This document shows positions 11,780 through 30,410 of a stretch of DNA of 64,000 bases, in pieces (the stretch's first letter is position 1; every line of letters begins with the position of its first letter). Position numbers and translations under genes: made by a program. A model generated the notes under the pieces. The model worked only from the letters and a program-made list of their open reading frames with translations. It did not search any database and had not been told where the DNA came from. Origin of the DNA: the human T2T-CHM13v2.0 reference genome, Homo sapiens; NCBI RefSeq assembly GCF_009914755.1, contig NC_060932.1. One strand, 5' to 3'.

Positions 11780-14700
11780 GACATAATGCAAAAATATATC
11801 TGAGAGATCATTAAGGGTAATAATGCATAGAGTTACTCCCATTTCCACTCCTTAATTCCTGGACAAATAAACCCTGGCTGTAGGGAAAACAGCACCATAT
11901 AATGGATGGTGATGTAGAGCATTAACACATCCTAGAGGAAAGTGCTCCTATCCTGACTCCTGCTAGGTATTTCCATTTAGCTGAAAGTGTAACTGAGTCT
12001 TCAAAAGACTGTCCAACATTCTATAAAGTCAGCTACTTCAAGACAATTTGTAACAGGCTAGTGGATTCCATGAGCATGAGATCATTGCCACATTTAATCA
12101 CTACAAAGTAAGTTCCTTGACCAGAGCTGTGTATAATACTGTGATGGTGGATAAGATATTCTCTAAGTCGACAGGTGCTAATTTTGGCAGAAATATTGTA
12201 TGCAAGGAAAGCAAGTCCATGTTCAGAAGAAGTGTCTACTCTAGTAAGAACAATGTATCTTCTATGATGAAAGCAGTTCTCTGTAATCAAGCAACCATCA
12301 GGTAGTTGGCTGTTATCTTGGGGCATGGTTCTATTATGAGGACTCAGTGTTGGTCTTTGCTGCTGGCAGAGTATAGACTTAGGTCAGGAAAGCCCCAGTG
12401 AGTATAATTTCATGTTTCTGAGCCCATGCATCATCTCCATTCCTGACATCATAGCCAATTTGTTCAGAGCTCGTTAGTGGCTGGAGTGTCTGAAGAAAGA
12501 GATGACTGGCATCCAGACATTTTTTCCTATCCACTTGATTATTAAAATCATTCTCTGTTGACGTAATCCTTTGTTGAAGATTCATAAGAGATGCCAACAT
12601 GTTCACCCACTTTATTCATTTTGTGAGATCTATATACATACTGCTTTCCAAGACTTCTTTGTCACCAATTTTTCCAATTATGTTTCTTCCAAGTTCCTAA
12701 CCATCCATCCAAACCATTAGCCTCACCCCATTGAATAATACAGAGTCATATATCTGACCATTTCTCCTTCAATGGAAAGTGAACAATGAGGTGAACTGCT
12801 CTAAGTTCTGCCCACTGAAAGAACTTTTCCTCACCACTGTCCTTCAAAAATGTCCCAGAAAAGAGCTAGAGTGATGGAGTTTTCTACTTTTGGCTGGTGC
12901 TGCATGTTGTGCAGAACTATCTGTAAACCAGGTCTGAGTTTTCACTTTCTCAGTTAACTGATAAGAAACTCCCAATGAGGCCATTGGTGTGGGCTGAGAT
13001 TGAGAAGATAATGTAGCAGGAGTAGGGCCGTGGGCATTTGTGTTACTTCCTTATGTAACTTACCATTGCCCGGAAAGCCACCTCAAGCCTCACATATACC
13101 ACTTCCATTGACTGGCACAGTGCTGCTGTGCATGCCTAACTTCCATGCTTAGTAGATTAGACAGCAACCAGTTCATGATAGATAGCTCAGATCACATTAT
13201 AACTTGGTGGTCCATGATAATATATTCGGTCCCTATTAAGACCTGGGACCAAGCCAAAAACTGTTTCTCAAAAATAGTATACACCTCTCCTCAAATAATG
13301 TCATTTTGTTATAATGTTGATAAGAAAAAAAAATCAATTCCCTTTCAGGCTACTGTCTGTGTGGAGTTTGCACAGTCTCCCCATGTCTGTGTGGGTTTTC
13401 TTCAGGGACTCCTGTCTTCTCTCACTTCCCAAAGTTGTGCATGTTAGGTGAAGTGGAGTGTTTAAATCATCCCCACTGGAGTGAGTGTGGGTGTGTGTGA
13501 GTGCACTCTGTGATGGATGGGGTCCTGCCCGGGTTGCACCCTGAGCTGCTGAGATAGGCTCCAGCCACTTGTGACCCTGAACTGGAATAATTGGGTAAAC
13601 AATTATCTTACTTGTTTTCATTAACCTTTCTTAAATATGTGTATAGCCCATATTTATTTTAATATTTAATATTAGAAGCGTTTTCATCTTTATTTAAAAG
13701 TTGGGTGATGTTTCTGTGACCAGAAACATGCGTATTGCTTGAAGGTGCAGTTTTTGAGAATCTATAGATCAGGTCAAGTGAGGACTTACTGTACATATCT
13801 GCAGAAAATAGCAGAGTTTTACTCTAAAATCCTGAGTCTGTGTTATGATTCACTTATAAGAGGCTTCCAAAGACTCCAAAAAGCATCTCTCTCTGACACT
13901 GACATTTTAAATGTCATCAGATCTTCCGGATCATGGCTTGCTGGTGACACATGGCCCAAATGTCAGAACAGCTTGCACAGCAGGCTAGACCTGATGCAGA
14001 GCCCTTTCTTGATCTTGCTTCTACTCAAAACTAGTAGCTTTTCAGGTCTTTCAGTAAATGGGCTGGAGTAGTACACACAAAAAGAACAATGTGCTGCCTT
14101 GAAAATCTAAAGAGGCCTCCTATGCATTGTGCTTCTTTTTTGGCTGTAGGAGGACCAATCAGATACAAAAATCTTATTTTTCACCTGAGAAGGAATACTT
14201 TGACCTTCCTTTCACCATTAGACCCTGGGAATTAGTTGATACGGAAGGCCTCTCAATTTTTGCGAAATATATTTCCCACCCTCTGAAACACAAGTGTCCA
14301 GAGCAGTTGCTACTTTCTGGTTACCAGGTCCAATCAGCATAATGTCATCAATGCAATGGAACGGACTGATTTTCTGCAGAAAGGGAAATCAATCAAGGTC
14401 CCAGTGGACTAAATGATGATATAAGGCTGAAGAATGGACGCATCCTGTAAGTAGAACAGTAAAGGTGTATTTCTGGTTTTTCCAACTGAAAGAAAACTGC
14501 TTCTAATGATCTTTACTAACATATATAGCAAAATAAAAAAGTCATTTTTTTTTCAGGTGAATAGCTGTATACCAAATACCTGAGGATGTGTTAATTTGCC
14601 CAAGCGATGAAACCACCTCTGGAACAGCAGCTATAATTAGAATCACCACCTGATTAAGTTGACAATAATCCACTGTCATTCTCCAAGATCCATCTGTTTT

Positions 14701-15200
14701 GTGCACAGGCCAAATAGATGAATTGAATGTGGATGTGGTGGGAAGTCACTATGCTCACATGTTTTACGTCCTCCGGGATTGCAGCATTACTTTTAGTTTA
14801 CTATTTTCCTAGGTAGAGGCAGTTATAGTGGCTTCCAATTATTTTTCTTTCCATAATATCCCTTATTTCACAAGTCGGGAAACCAATGTAGAGATTTTGT
14901 CACATTCTGAATGTGTCTATTCCAATAATGCTTCTGGAACTGGAGAAATAATCACAGGACTTGTTCAGGGACATGCTGAACCCACTGAGACAAATATGAA
15001 CTAATGATCAATTAATCACCAAACCTTCATAAGCCTCTATTATGCCTCCACAGTGACATTTTGGGTGACCAGAAATTAGTGTCATTTTAGTCAGTGTTCA
15101 GTAATCTTCCAAAAGTCTAATTATTTCTATTTTCCAAAGCAAAAGCACACTGGTAAATAACTAGATCTCTTTAGGAAAGACCAGAAGAAAGATTAACAGT
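11780..15200 (-). pseudogene. ERV-L pro-pol remnant (RT, RNase H, integrase), multiply disrupted
   Basis: Minus strand ~14329-14362 reads FHCIDDIMLIG (RT YxDD motif, Y to C); ENDFNNQVD (RNase H end); IVLTRVDTSSEHGLAF (integrase core). Confidence 0.85.
13282..13791 (+). mobile_element. MER6/MER6A DNA transposon (TcMar-Tigger) nested in ERV-L pol
   Basis: ctgtctgtgtggagtttgcac...ccccatgtctgtgtgggtttt core; 3' terminus aagtgaggacttactg; TA on both sides (13280-13281, 13792-13793). Confidence 0.88.
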
Positions 15201-15399
15201 ATAAACACATTTTTTTTGGCAGTGCAATGGAGTTCTTCCTCAAAGGGACTTAGCCTCCCTTTCATTTAAGGGGTTCTGGGGTGGTAAATTGTCTCAGCCT
15301 GGAAATTAATTGAGGTGTTATGTCTCTCTGTTTTGGTGATTTGAATTAGACTTCTGCTCACTAGACCTGGAACTTTTCCACCTATACACATCATTCATT

Positions 15400-16700
15400 A
15401 GACTGCCCATCTATTTCTTTTCTAGTGACATCATTATCAACTAGCTAATGCCGTAGGTCTTTGGGAGTTACAGTATTCTGGTAACTGCTTTGACTCTGCA
15501 GTTTATTGTGGTGACTATCTGGTTTTTGATGATCCCTGTCAAATAGCAGCAGTTTCCACTGTAATATCTGACTTGCAGAAAAGAGTAAAGAGAGAGCTCT
15601 CAAGGATGCTAGGATTCCCCCTATAAATTTATTTCTCATAATTGTGGTAAAAGGTATGTCTTCTGGACTCTCCAATTGGATGAGCAGTTCTTACATGATA
15701 AATCTATTCAAACATTTCAACCTCCCTAAGACTTTAGATGCCTTCCTCCATAGTATACCAAGGCAATCCTGACATTTCAACTTCATTTATTGTAGGCCAC
15801 CTTCAGTTTCATGTTTCAACCTATGGACAAAACAAACTGTTAGAGCCCTTCCTAGACCACTGACCTTAGTGAGCCATAGTAATACATCAGACTAATCCAA
15901 CTTTATATTCCTTCCACCATAATGCCACACTCTTAAGACCCATTCCCACACCTATTTCCCCAGATTTATGTGTGTATAAATTGGAAAAATCATTCTGTTC
16001 TTCTTGCAGGTCATTCATTGTACCTTACCGTTTGGGCTCTGCTGAGACTTAAGTCTAATTGTAGGTCTAGATGCAGAGAGGGGTGGGTGGAGATAGGTCC
16101 TAAGAAGAATCAGCAGTACCTTGCAAGGCAATTATAGATTCTTCAGGAAGAACAGATAACCTCCTTAGACAGGGGTGGATGGCTGCTTCTCCCAGCAAGA
16201 AAACTGTCCAAATTCAAGGGTTCAGTGTCCCCAGCTTCATTGGGATCTGTCAATATGCCCTCATTCCAATTTTCAGGATCCCATTCCTTCCCAATCATTT
16301 TAACAGAAAACACCTCGTGGGGTTGGAAATTCAATTTGTGTTGTAATTAAGCCACTCACAGGGAGATTCAGGTTTAATTTTTAGAAATCTCAGACCTGTA
16401 GGTAGAAAAGATAACGGTGACTTTTAGGGCATAAAAAACAGACTATTACATTATTTAGGTGGAACTTGAGCTGGAATTTGAAGTCCTGCACTTCTTTTAT
16501 TTCTGGAACAGTGAGGAGTAACTGACCAGCTCCACGATACTCTTAGGTTTGATAAAAATATTCTAAGGTAGCAAATACATGGTGACCCACAACTTCAACT
16601 TCTACAGGTATTTGATCACAAGTGTCCAATGGTTATATTTTCCATATCTCTTTTGTCATATTATGCCATGGATTTCTAATGCTCTATCACCGGAAATAGT
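15400..16700 (-). pseudogene. ERV-L gag remnant
   Basis: ORF track: IGKEWDPENWN...AGDTEPLN (16143-16334) and ESPEDIPFTTIMRNKFI (15445-15675) match ERV-L Gag motifs. Confidence 0.85.
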
Positions 16701-16817
16701 CATTAGTGCCTTTAAATATAATCACATGAGGCAACTAAATTCTCAAACCCCAGAAACAATTCAGAAAACTCATCCATATGATTATGTTCCTTTAGAACAA
16801 TGTCAAGAAGCAACATC

Positions 16818-17202
16818 TGTATCCATCATCATTTATCCAGGGAAACAGACCAGTAGGAGAGATATTGTAAGATTTTTTTTCAAGAAATTGGTTTATATGA
16901 TTGTGGGGACTGATAAGGCTAGTCTAAAATCCATACGGCAGGCTGGAACTCTTGGTTATGGGCTGCAGATTCTGGCCACAAGTTGAATTTCTCCTGCCTC
17001 AGAGAAGCTTCAGCTTTGCTTTTAAGGCTTTCCAACTGGTGAAATGAGGCTCTGCTAAATTATCTAGGATAATGTCTCTTAAAGTCAACTGAGTATTGAC
17101 TTTATTTAACTCTATAAATTACCGTCACAGTAACACCTAAATTAGTATTTATTGAATAACTTGTGACTGTAACTTACCCATGTCAACAATAAGTCCATCA
17201 CA
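16818..17202 (-). mobile_element. MLT2 LTR (5' LTR of provirus)
   Basis: Homologous to 8393-8783 (ggctggaactctt..., aaagtcaactga..., ending ccatcaca). Confidence 0.85.
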
Positions 17203-18199
17203 ATGTCACATAAAAAACTCCTACTTTATTAGAAAATGGGATATAAGTGGCCCATGAGTTTGCAGCTTCTCCTCTGTTATATAAATTTTCCTTTTTTAGT
17301 ACTTAAAAAAATCCTCCAAATCTCCATATATCAGTGTGTTTAATTTAAGAGACTGCAACATGATCAAGTTAAATATCAATAGTAAAATTACTATACCAAC
17401 ATTTCAATGATAACAGTTAGACATGAAATTGTTAAATATAATTTGAAAGGATTTTATATGTTATTTGGCCATTTAAATTTATTATTATATTTTACAAAGT
17501 CATTGAAAAATATTATAATTGAATATAATGTGAAGTAAAGAAGGGTGCAAAATAGATAGAATATGCTCATATTTGTGTGTAAGATAGATGCCTGAAGAAG
17601 GAACATTTAGGACATTATATCAATATCTTCTGTGTGTGAAGAGAGAGTTGCAAATCACCTTAGGACTAAATTTTGAAATTTTTATTTAATCACTTAAGTG
17701 ATTTTCTTTGTTCAAGCCACTATGAAACTCATTACTCCAGACCAGGTTGAAACAGCAGCTTCTGTGGCCTGAAAAGATGGCAATACCACTTGGTGTAAGG
17801 AGCCGTCCCTGTGCGAAGAAGTTAGCGATTTACACAGGGACTAGGATTTATCTTGGGAGGAAAAGAACACCAAACTTGATCTTTCCTCTTATACAAATAT
17901 TTCTGTTGAATTGAAGTGGGCTGGATCAGGTTCTTTGGTAAGAAATGATATCAATGACTCCAAAGAGGCACTCACCTTCAGAGAAGAGGTCACTGGTGCG
18001 GGTGACTGGAGCTGAACACAAGAACAGAAGTGACCCTGGCAGTGGCTGGTCCCGCAACAGCCTGTAACAGGGAACATAATCAACCACAAATTTTGTGGGT
18101 AGTTTAGGTGTTGAAAAACAATAGTGATCATTAATATTGTATATACATTACCTTTTACTAGATGTCCTACGTAGTTTACACACGAAAAAGAGGAACTAA

Positions 18200-18500
18200 A
18201 GGCTGTGAAATTCCAACTCAGAATATAAATCAAAAACGAGAAAGCCTTGGTGGTAACTTTGAACCAATCCCTTATCTCTTAAAGTGGCAGAGCAGATAAA
18301 CTGAGGACCAATATCAAGACTGGACTGTCAAAATTGCAGTTGCAGTGCAAACGAGATACTCAATTCAGTTATGTCTCAAAGTAAGAAGAAACCACTGCTG
18401 GGGAAATAATATAATCCCAAGAAATAGGATGTAAATATTGTGGCAAATGCAACAAGGTTGAACACTTTGAATCTCCACATCTTTCTAAATTTCCCTTGTC
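18200..18500 (+). mobile_element. Old ERVL-class gag fragment (HERV16/ERV3-16A3-like)
   Basis: ctgctggggaaataatataatcccaagaaataggatg translates LLGK*YNPKK*D, a decayed GKEWDPETWD motif. Confidence 0.5.
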
Positions 18501-18719
18501 TTCCATTTCACAACTCTACATCCATACTCAGCACAGGAAAAATATCTAATCTGTTCTTGTCAAGTTGAATTATTGGTTAGGGATTTCTGTGTTAATCTCA
18601 GATGGAAAATGTTTAATTACAAGGTCTTTCCTGTATCTAAGAGTTATTACATGACAGAACAAGTGGACCAACCTCTCTACCTCCAACAGCCTCTTTATCG
18701 CTGAGATTTTCTGTGTGCC

Positions 18720-19330
18720 CATGGCAAGCAGAATTCCAAGACAATCCTTGAGATTTCTACCCCATTGTGTATAATGCACTGCTTTTGAGTACGGGTGAAG
18801 CCTGTAAATATGATGCATTATCAACCTCATCATTATGTTCTATTATATGCAATAGAGACTTTAGCAGATATAATTAAAGTTCCACATTCAGTTAAGTTAA
18901 TCAGATCGGAAATTATCTAATCAGAGTCTGTCCTACTCAGGTGAGGTATCAAATGGGGGTCTAGAGTTTTAAAATGCAAAGAATCAGAGAGACATTCTCC
19001 CTATGGCCTCAAACAAGAAAGCAAATAGCCATATTTTGAATTTCCGTGAAGGTGAATCATCATTAGGGTCTGAGTGTCTCAGTCCTAAAACTACAATGAA
19101 CTAAATTCTGTCAACAACTTAAATAAGTTTGAAAAAAGACTTCACATTCCAAATGAGACTCCAGTCTGACTGACACCTTGATTTCAGTCTTGTAAGACTT
19201 TGACCAGAGAACCCAGCTGAAACGTGGCTGGACTTCTGAACTACTGAACTCTGAGCTAATAAATGGATGTAGCTTGTTTTGAACCATGAAGTCTGGTGGC
19301 TTATTATGTAGCAGTGTAAAACTAACTCAG
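18720..19330 (+). mobile_element. MLT1E-like MaLR solo LTR
   Basis: gcagaattccaaga...; tgacaccttgatttcag...agagaacccagctga...ggacttctga...aataaatgg...aaactaactca. Confidence 0.8.
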
Positions 19331-19450
19331 TGCCTCTGACAATCTGCCCTTACTTTGTAGAATATGATACAGGGCCACCATTTGCTAATCTGTTGTGAGT
19401 TGATATAGTTACTTTTCTTCATTTTAACTGAATAGGGCTCATCTCCCTTC

Positions 19451-19482
19451 CTCTCTCTCTCTCTGTCTCTCTCTCTCTCTCC
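19451..19482. repeat. (CT)n microsatellite
   Basis: ctctctctctctctgtctctctctctctctcc seen directly. Confidence 0.9.
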
Positions 19483-19749
19483 ACCCCCCCACACACCCCA
19501 CACAATTTTACTTATAAATATTAGAATTTTGTTATATATCAAATATAGTCTCCTTCACTTTATATAAGAAAAAATGGGTATCAGAATAATTACTGAGTTT
19601 ATTCCAAATTACACAACTAGCCAGGGACCAAGGTAAAATTTAAGTCAGTCTTAGTTACAAGGTTGGTTCTCTTTTAACTGACAGAAATAAAAATATTCCA
19701 AAAATATTTCTAAACTTTATCAAAAACTAAGGAATTAATGGAATGTGTT

Positions 19750-20171
19750 TGTCATAGATAGTGTGCTGCCCAGATCCCTTGTAGAAATAAAGGGCTTGTT
19801 TTTTAAACTTCTATAAGTACTTCCCTAAGGCAGGTCTCCGCTATTAGCCTTCTACAGAAAATGTCTTTGTTGGAGACACACCCCTTGCCCAATATTTTGC
19901 CCCCTTCCTTGGGCAGCCCATACCCAATGACTCATCAAGGAAAGATATGAAGTCTGCCTTTCTCCCACAACTTGAGACAATTCTAAAGGGTCATGTCAAT
20001 TTTAGAACTTCCCTAAGATCAACTGTATCCTTCATCAAGACTATAATTCTCCCTTTGTCCAATTTTGCTTCCTCTTTTTCCATGTGTTTATGCCCATAAT
20101 ACTCCCTGATAAACATCCTGTATGCTAATCTCCATTTCAGAGTCAGCTTCCTAGGGAAGCCAACCTGTGAC
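19750..20171 (+). mobile_element. LTR16-like ERVL solo LTR
   Basis: TG...CA ends; 3' end ataaacatcctgtatgctaatctccatttcagagtcagcttcctagggaagccaacctgtgaca. Confidence 0.75.
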
Positions 20172-20448
20172 AGGGAAGAGATAACCACCTCTCTGTAAAA
20201 CCGATAATGTGAGATTAAATGAAATAATACATTTAAATCAAATTCACTTACAAAAAATATAATGTATAAAAGTAGGTGTTATCTTAATTTATGTATAATA
20301 TTATATTCTTATAAATTATAATTCAAAGAAATAAATATGAAATTAACATTTGTATAAGGCATAAATTATGGGATGGAGTCATTTCATTGCTTGTGCTAGT
20401 GACTTTCAGATAAAGCTCCATCACCTTATCATGGCAAAGTTATCTTAG

Positions 20449-25480
<5,032 letters not shown>

Positions 25481-25959
25481 TTCACAAAACTGAAATAAAC
25501 ATACTTATTGGGAAAACATCTTCAATAACTCATTCAAAAATTCATATTGAGAGGCTATTACATGGCAAGAATTATGCTAATCTACTATTCTCATAAAAAA
25601 TATAATGTTCCAGTATGAGAAACAGATAGGGCAACCATAATCCTGCTATAAGCCTGGCTTACATGTGTGGTCTCAGTATCCCATATGGCGTAGGATTTTT
25701 TTCTTGAGTTTTCATATTTTAAAGAAATATTTTTACTAATGTTTCTTTTGACTGGAATGGTTTTGATAGAATTTCACTTTTTACTTTCAGCACCATCTTA
25801 ATTAGTAATGTGTGAGATGCATGCAATGAACAGAGTTTTCAGATTAACATGTGGTTGAATCTCAGAAATAATCAGCAGTAAATTGCTTCCCTTTCTCCCA
25901 TCCTTTTCTGATGCATTGAAAAGAATAGTGTTCATCATACTCTCTAATAAACCAACTTA

Positions 25960-26352
25960 ATATGGCATACCCACACAGTGGAATATTATTTAACAATATA
26001 AACAAAGTACTGTTACATGGTGTGAAATGTATGAACCTTGAAAATATTATGCAAAATAAAATAAGCCAGTCACAAAAGGTGACATATTATGTAATTAGAT
26101 TTATATGAAATGTCCATAATAGGAAACTATAAGTAGAAATAGATCAGGGATTTCCTAGAGCTGGGATGGGGGAAGGGATGGAGAATGACTTGTAATGAAT
26201 ATGGGTTTTTTGGGATGATAACAACATTATAAAATTACAATAGTGATGTGATGGTTGCATAACTCTGAGTATGCTACAAACCATTGAATTATACATTTTA
26301 AATGGGATACTTTTATGATATGCAAATTATATCTCAATAATGCTGTTATAAA
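25960..26352 (+). mobile_element. Old L1 (L1MC/ME-type) 3'UTR fragment
   Basis: atgaaccttgaaaatattatg...ccattgaattatacattttaaatggg...tatctcaataa. Confidence 0.8.
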
Positions 26353-26855
26353 AACTAATTCTTTAATATGAGTGACCTGGAGATAACCAACTTCTTGTGG
26401 ATCCTGGTGGTGGTGGGAGAAATATTGGAAGCTATTGCTTCTAGGTCATTTGGTGAACCAACTAATTTGTACCATGGTTGTGTATGAGATGTGTGAGAAA
26501 TAGAGACTGAATAGTCTTACCATGGAATATATAGAAAGTAGTTCATTATTTACTATATTTAATTCAACCACTATCCTTTCCAAAACGATGTCTTTTTCCT
26601 TGAAAAATGCATATTTAATGAAAATTTAAAGATACTTCGATTTCTCAAGAAAGTTGATGAATGTGTAAATTACACAAAGTATTTGTTGACATTTACTATA
26701 ACAATTGAGTCTGTAGTGATATCATTGAACCTGTGGAAACAAGGTGATGTATATCATCCCCCAAATCACTAGCACCTACAGTTATTTAGAAAGATTATGC
26801 ACAAGATGATAATTTAACATGTGCAACTTCAGATGGTGTATTTACATATTTCTTT

Positions 26856-27255
<400 letters not shown>

Positions 27256-28329
27256 TAAGGTATAAAACAACAACTGTTTATATGTTACTTCCATTAGCCG
27301 ATGAACTAGCGGTTAAATGATGCTTCAAATAGAAAATAAGTTAATTCCACTAATAGATTGTGTTTTCATTAAAGTCATAAACATGAAATAACACTTTACA
27401 AAGTTCATTTTGTTGAGTATCTTGCATTACTGTGAATTATATTGTAAAGTAGTTTAAAGTTTAACATTAAAGATAAAATTATTATTTTTGCTGTTATGGT
27501 ATGAATAAAAAAATTTGATTAACTTTTTTATCATGTTTCAGTAAACAAAGCATGCAGAATGGAAACAATAATCTTACTAAGTTAAAAAACTTTTTTGAAC
27601 TTTTCTGAATAGAAATGTTCTTGGAATTCGTCGTGCACATGATTGTTCATAATTACTAATTACAAATATTACTAATTATTATTTCTATTATATATAATAT
27701 GTATAATATTATTAATTATTCATAATTACTAATTGAAATAGAGACGCTAGTTGTTGGGGTAACAAAAGTAGTGCATTTTTGAGATGAAGCTGGCTTTCAG
27801 TACAAACATATTCTAAATTATGCTGGTGGCTATGCAGTTTTTCTCTGTGCTGGTCATCAACAATTAGATTTAGATGTGTTTGAGCACTTGAAGAAGTACT
27901 ATGAAACTGAACTTAAATAAAAGTATTTAGCAATTGTGATGCCAAAAAGCTTTAGCTTGTGAAGCTTTATCAATTTCCAATTCTTAAAAGCAAAGGTTGT
28001 AAAGAGGAGGACATTGAAACTGATCCTTGTAGAAATGGAGCCAATTAAATAATAAAGGCACAAACTATGTAAAACATTTAATTTTTAAATTATATTATTG
28101 GACTCCAGAATATTTAAACTTGTGAGATGTAGTCTGATAAATCTCCTATTTTTAATTGGATAAACTTGCAATATATACCAAAAAGGATAAAATTTACAAA
28201 AAAAAAATTTGCATGATCTCCATAGTCATAAATTGAGACATCTGCAATGACTTTTGTCTGATAAAAAAATCTACCAAAGACAAGTACTCTGAATGGAAGC
28301 AAAAACAAGAGCTCTTTTAAGATATTTGA

Positions 28330-29860
28330 ACTAAATTGGACCCTTATCTTGCACTATGGATAAAAATCATCTAAAAATGGACAAAATACCTAAGTGTAAG
28401 ACCTGAAGCCATAGAACTCATGGAACATAGGGGAAAAACTCCACAACATTGGTCTTGGCAATAATTTTTTTGGGATGCCATACCAAAAGCTCAGGCTACA
28501 AAAGAAAAAATAAATCACATCACACACTGGGCCCTGTCATGGGGTTGGGGGAGGGGTAGGGATAGCATTAGGAGATATACCTAATGTAAATGACGAGTTA
28601 ATGGGTGCAGCACACCAACATGGCACATGTATACATATGTAACAAACCTGCACATTGTGCACATGTACCCTAGAACTTAAAGTATAATAAAAAAAAGAAA
28701 AAATAAACCAATGGGAATACATCACACTAAAAACCTTCTACACAGCAAAGAAAACAATTTAAAAATGAAAATGCAGGCTACAGACTGGAAGAAAATTTTT
28801 GCAAATCATACATCTGATAATGGCTAATATCCAAAATTTATTTTAAAAACCCACATAATTCAATAGCAGAAAAACAACCCAATTAAAACATGGACAAATG
28901 ATATGAGCAGACCTTCAAAGAAAACATAAAAATGGACACTAGGTATATGAAAAGGAGCTCAACATCACTAATCATAATGGAAATGCAAATTAAAACCACT
29001 ATGAGATATCACCTTACACCAGTAAGGAAGGCTATTATCAAATGGATAAGATGAAAATGTTGGCAAAGGTGTGAAGAAAAGGTAACCGCAGTGCACTGTT
29101 GATGGGAATATAGACTGATCTAGCCATTATGGGAAGAAATATGTAGGGTCTTAGAGATACTAAAAATATAACTGCCATATGACTCAGAAATCCTTCTTCT
29201 GAATATATACCAATATACCAAAAGGAGATTATCACCACCTTGTAAAGATTGGCATTCCCATGTTCATTGCAGCATTATTTGCAGCAGTCAAGATATGGAA
29301 AGAACCTAAATGCCCATTGATGGAGGTATAAAGAAAATGTGGTATATATACACAATGAAATATTACACAGCCTTAAAAAGGAGATCCTACCATTTGTCAA
29401 AACATGCATGAACCAGGAGGACCCTATGCTAAGTGAAATAAGCAACACAGAGAAAAAAATATTGCATGATTTCAATTATATATTAAATATAAAATAATAA
29501 AAGAGCTCAAATACACAGAGATAAAGAAGGAAACAGTGGTTACCATTGGTGGGAGAGGGAGAGAGGAAATGAGGAAGATGTAGGTCAAAAGATGTACAAT
29601 AGCAGATAGGTAGGATGAACAAATCTAAAGATCTAATGTACAACATGAAGACTAAATAAAATTGAATTGTGTTAAGGATATTTGTTAAGTAGATTTTATC
29701 TGCTGTTGTCACATCAAAAAACAAGTTATGTGAGATGATAGATATACTAATCTGCTTCACTCTAGAACCATTATATTTCCTACGATGTATCTATATGTAC
29801 TCCATAACATTATGTTGTAAACCTCAAATATATACAATAAAATACATTTAAAAAAAAAAA
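28330..29860 (+). mobile_element. L1MA6/7-like 3' fragment
   Basis: ORF2 end and 3'UTR ending acctcaaatatatacaataaaatacattt plus poly(A). Confidence 0.88.
28515..28693 (+). mobile_element. Short L1PA 3' end nested in L1MA
   Basis: gggatagcattaggagatatacctaatgtaaatgacgag...; TSD aaagaaaaaataaa at 28501-28514 and 28694-28707. Confidence 0.93.
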
Positions 29861-29862
29861 TA

Positions 29863-30410
<548 letters not shown>

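Noticed and set aside
27846-27915. QQLDLDVFEHLKKYY as a pogo/Tigger DDE QPLD motif
   Set aside because: Flanking motifs, the ERVFS domain and the termini favour hAT-Blackjack.
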